This document shows positions 63,627-64,000 of a DNA stretch of 64,000 nucleotides, in pieces. The notes beneath the pieces were generated by a model. That model saw only the letters and a program-made list of their open reading frames with translations, ran no database searches and was not told where the DNA came from. Both the position numbers and the translations under genes were made by a program. Each line of letters opens with the position of its first letter. Position 1 is the first letter of the stretch. Source of the stretch: a virus (Duplodnaviria; Caudoviricetes); IMG/VR virus record IMGVR_UViG_3300037400_003286, one strand, 5' to 3'.

Positions 63627-64000
63627 ATGGCTGTAGTAACAAGGCTATCCGTAAAAGATATACAACTTGCAATCCGCAATTCACCCTGGTGTGATTTGAG
63701 ATCAGATATAATAGTTCCTAACGTAAGCTGGGGACTATTACCATATGAGGCTGATTTGATACAGGTGAAGAAATCGAATCTTGTTGTTGAATATGAGATA
63801 AAGAGATCCTTCGAGGATTTCAAGAAGGATTTCACAAAGTACCATACACATGATGCTCAACTCATAGCATATTTCTATTATGTAATTCCTGAGAAACTCA
63901 TTGAAAAGGTAAGGACATTCCTTATAAACCATTTCGGATCATCAGAGAATTCCCCTGCTGTTCTTTATTATGATGAGAACAGTGGAATACATACGATGAC
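63627..64000 (+). CDS. PD-(D/E)XK nuclease (MmcB-like), running off the window end
   Basis: EADLIQV...EYEIKRSFEDFKKD...FYYVIP; absent from the ORF track because there is no stop in the window. Confidence 0.7.
   Translation, partial: MAVVTRLSVKDIQLAIRNSPWCDLRSDIIVPNVSWGLLPYEADLIQVKKSNLVVEYEIKRSFEDFKKDFTKYHTHDAQLIAYFYYVIPEKLIEKVRTFLINHFGSSENSPAVLYYDENSGIHTM

Noticed and set aside
1-64000. Genome-wide alternative genetic code 15 (TAG=Gln) as in Lak phages
   Set aside because: Long genes, including Gln-rich and late ones, are intact in code 11; only isolated TAG cases occur.
1-64000. tRNA or rRNA genes
   Set aside because: No cloverleaf or rRNA-like sequence recognised in the intergenic regions by eye.

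Overview
A 64-kb segment of a large, AT-rich, T4-like jumbo myophage (Lak/megaphage-like organisation, standard code 11). The repeated promoter GTTGTATATTTGCA contains the Bacteroidota -7 element TAnnTTTG, which suggests a Bacteroidota host. The window carries nucleotide metabolism genes (intein-containing nrdD, nrdG), a DNA adenine methyltransferase and T4-like replication/recombination genes (gp41, gp47, gp46, gp32, RuvC-like resolvase, gp61 primase). It also carries head genes (prohead protease-scaffold fusion, major capsid protein) and several large proteins marked by (I/L/V)-N-E motifs, which are probably capsid-packaged; these include a Q/N/G-rich vWA protein and a vSET-like protein. Mobile elements are a GIY-YIG endonuclease with a kissing-loop RNA leader and a TnpB element, and there is an unclassified ~260-nt structured RNA candidate. 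The best candidate for a new system lies at 40-58 kb: a family of virion-fibre genes starting MARDT(S/N)KLVTIPGELHSAATG. Serine-invertase-type crossover sites are embedded in the codons of a conserved GGL-x-L-x-F motif, next to silent start-less C-terminal cassettes, one intact invertase and one decayed invertase. In locus 1 the invertible piece is the promoter plus the constant 5' half, so inversion would swap the fibre C-terminus and also switch a CotH-kinase/LRR operon on or off. All calls come from manual reading of motifs; no database searches were run.
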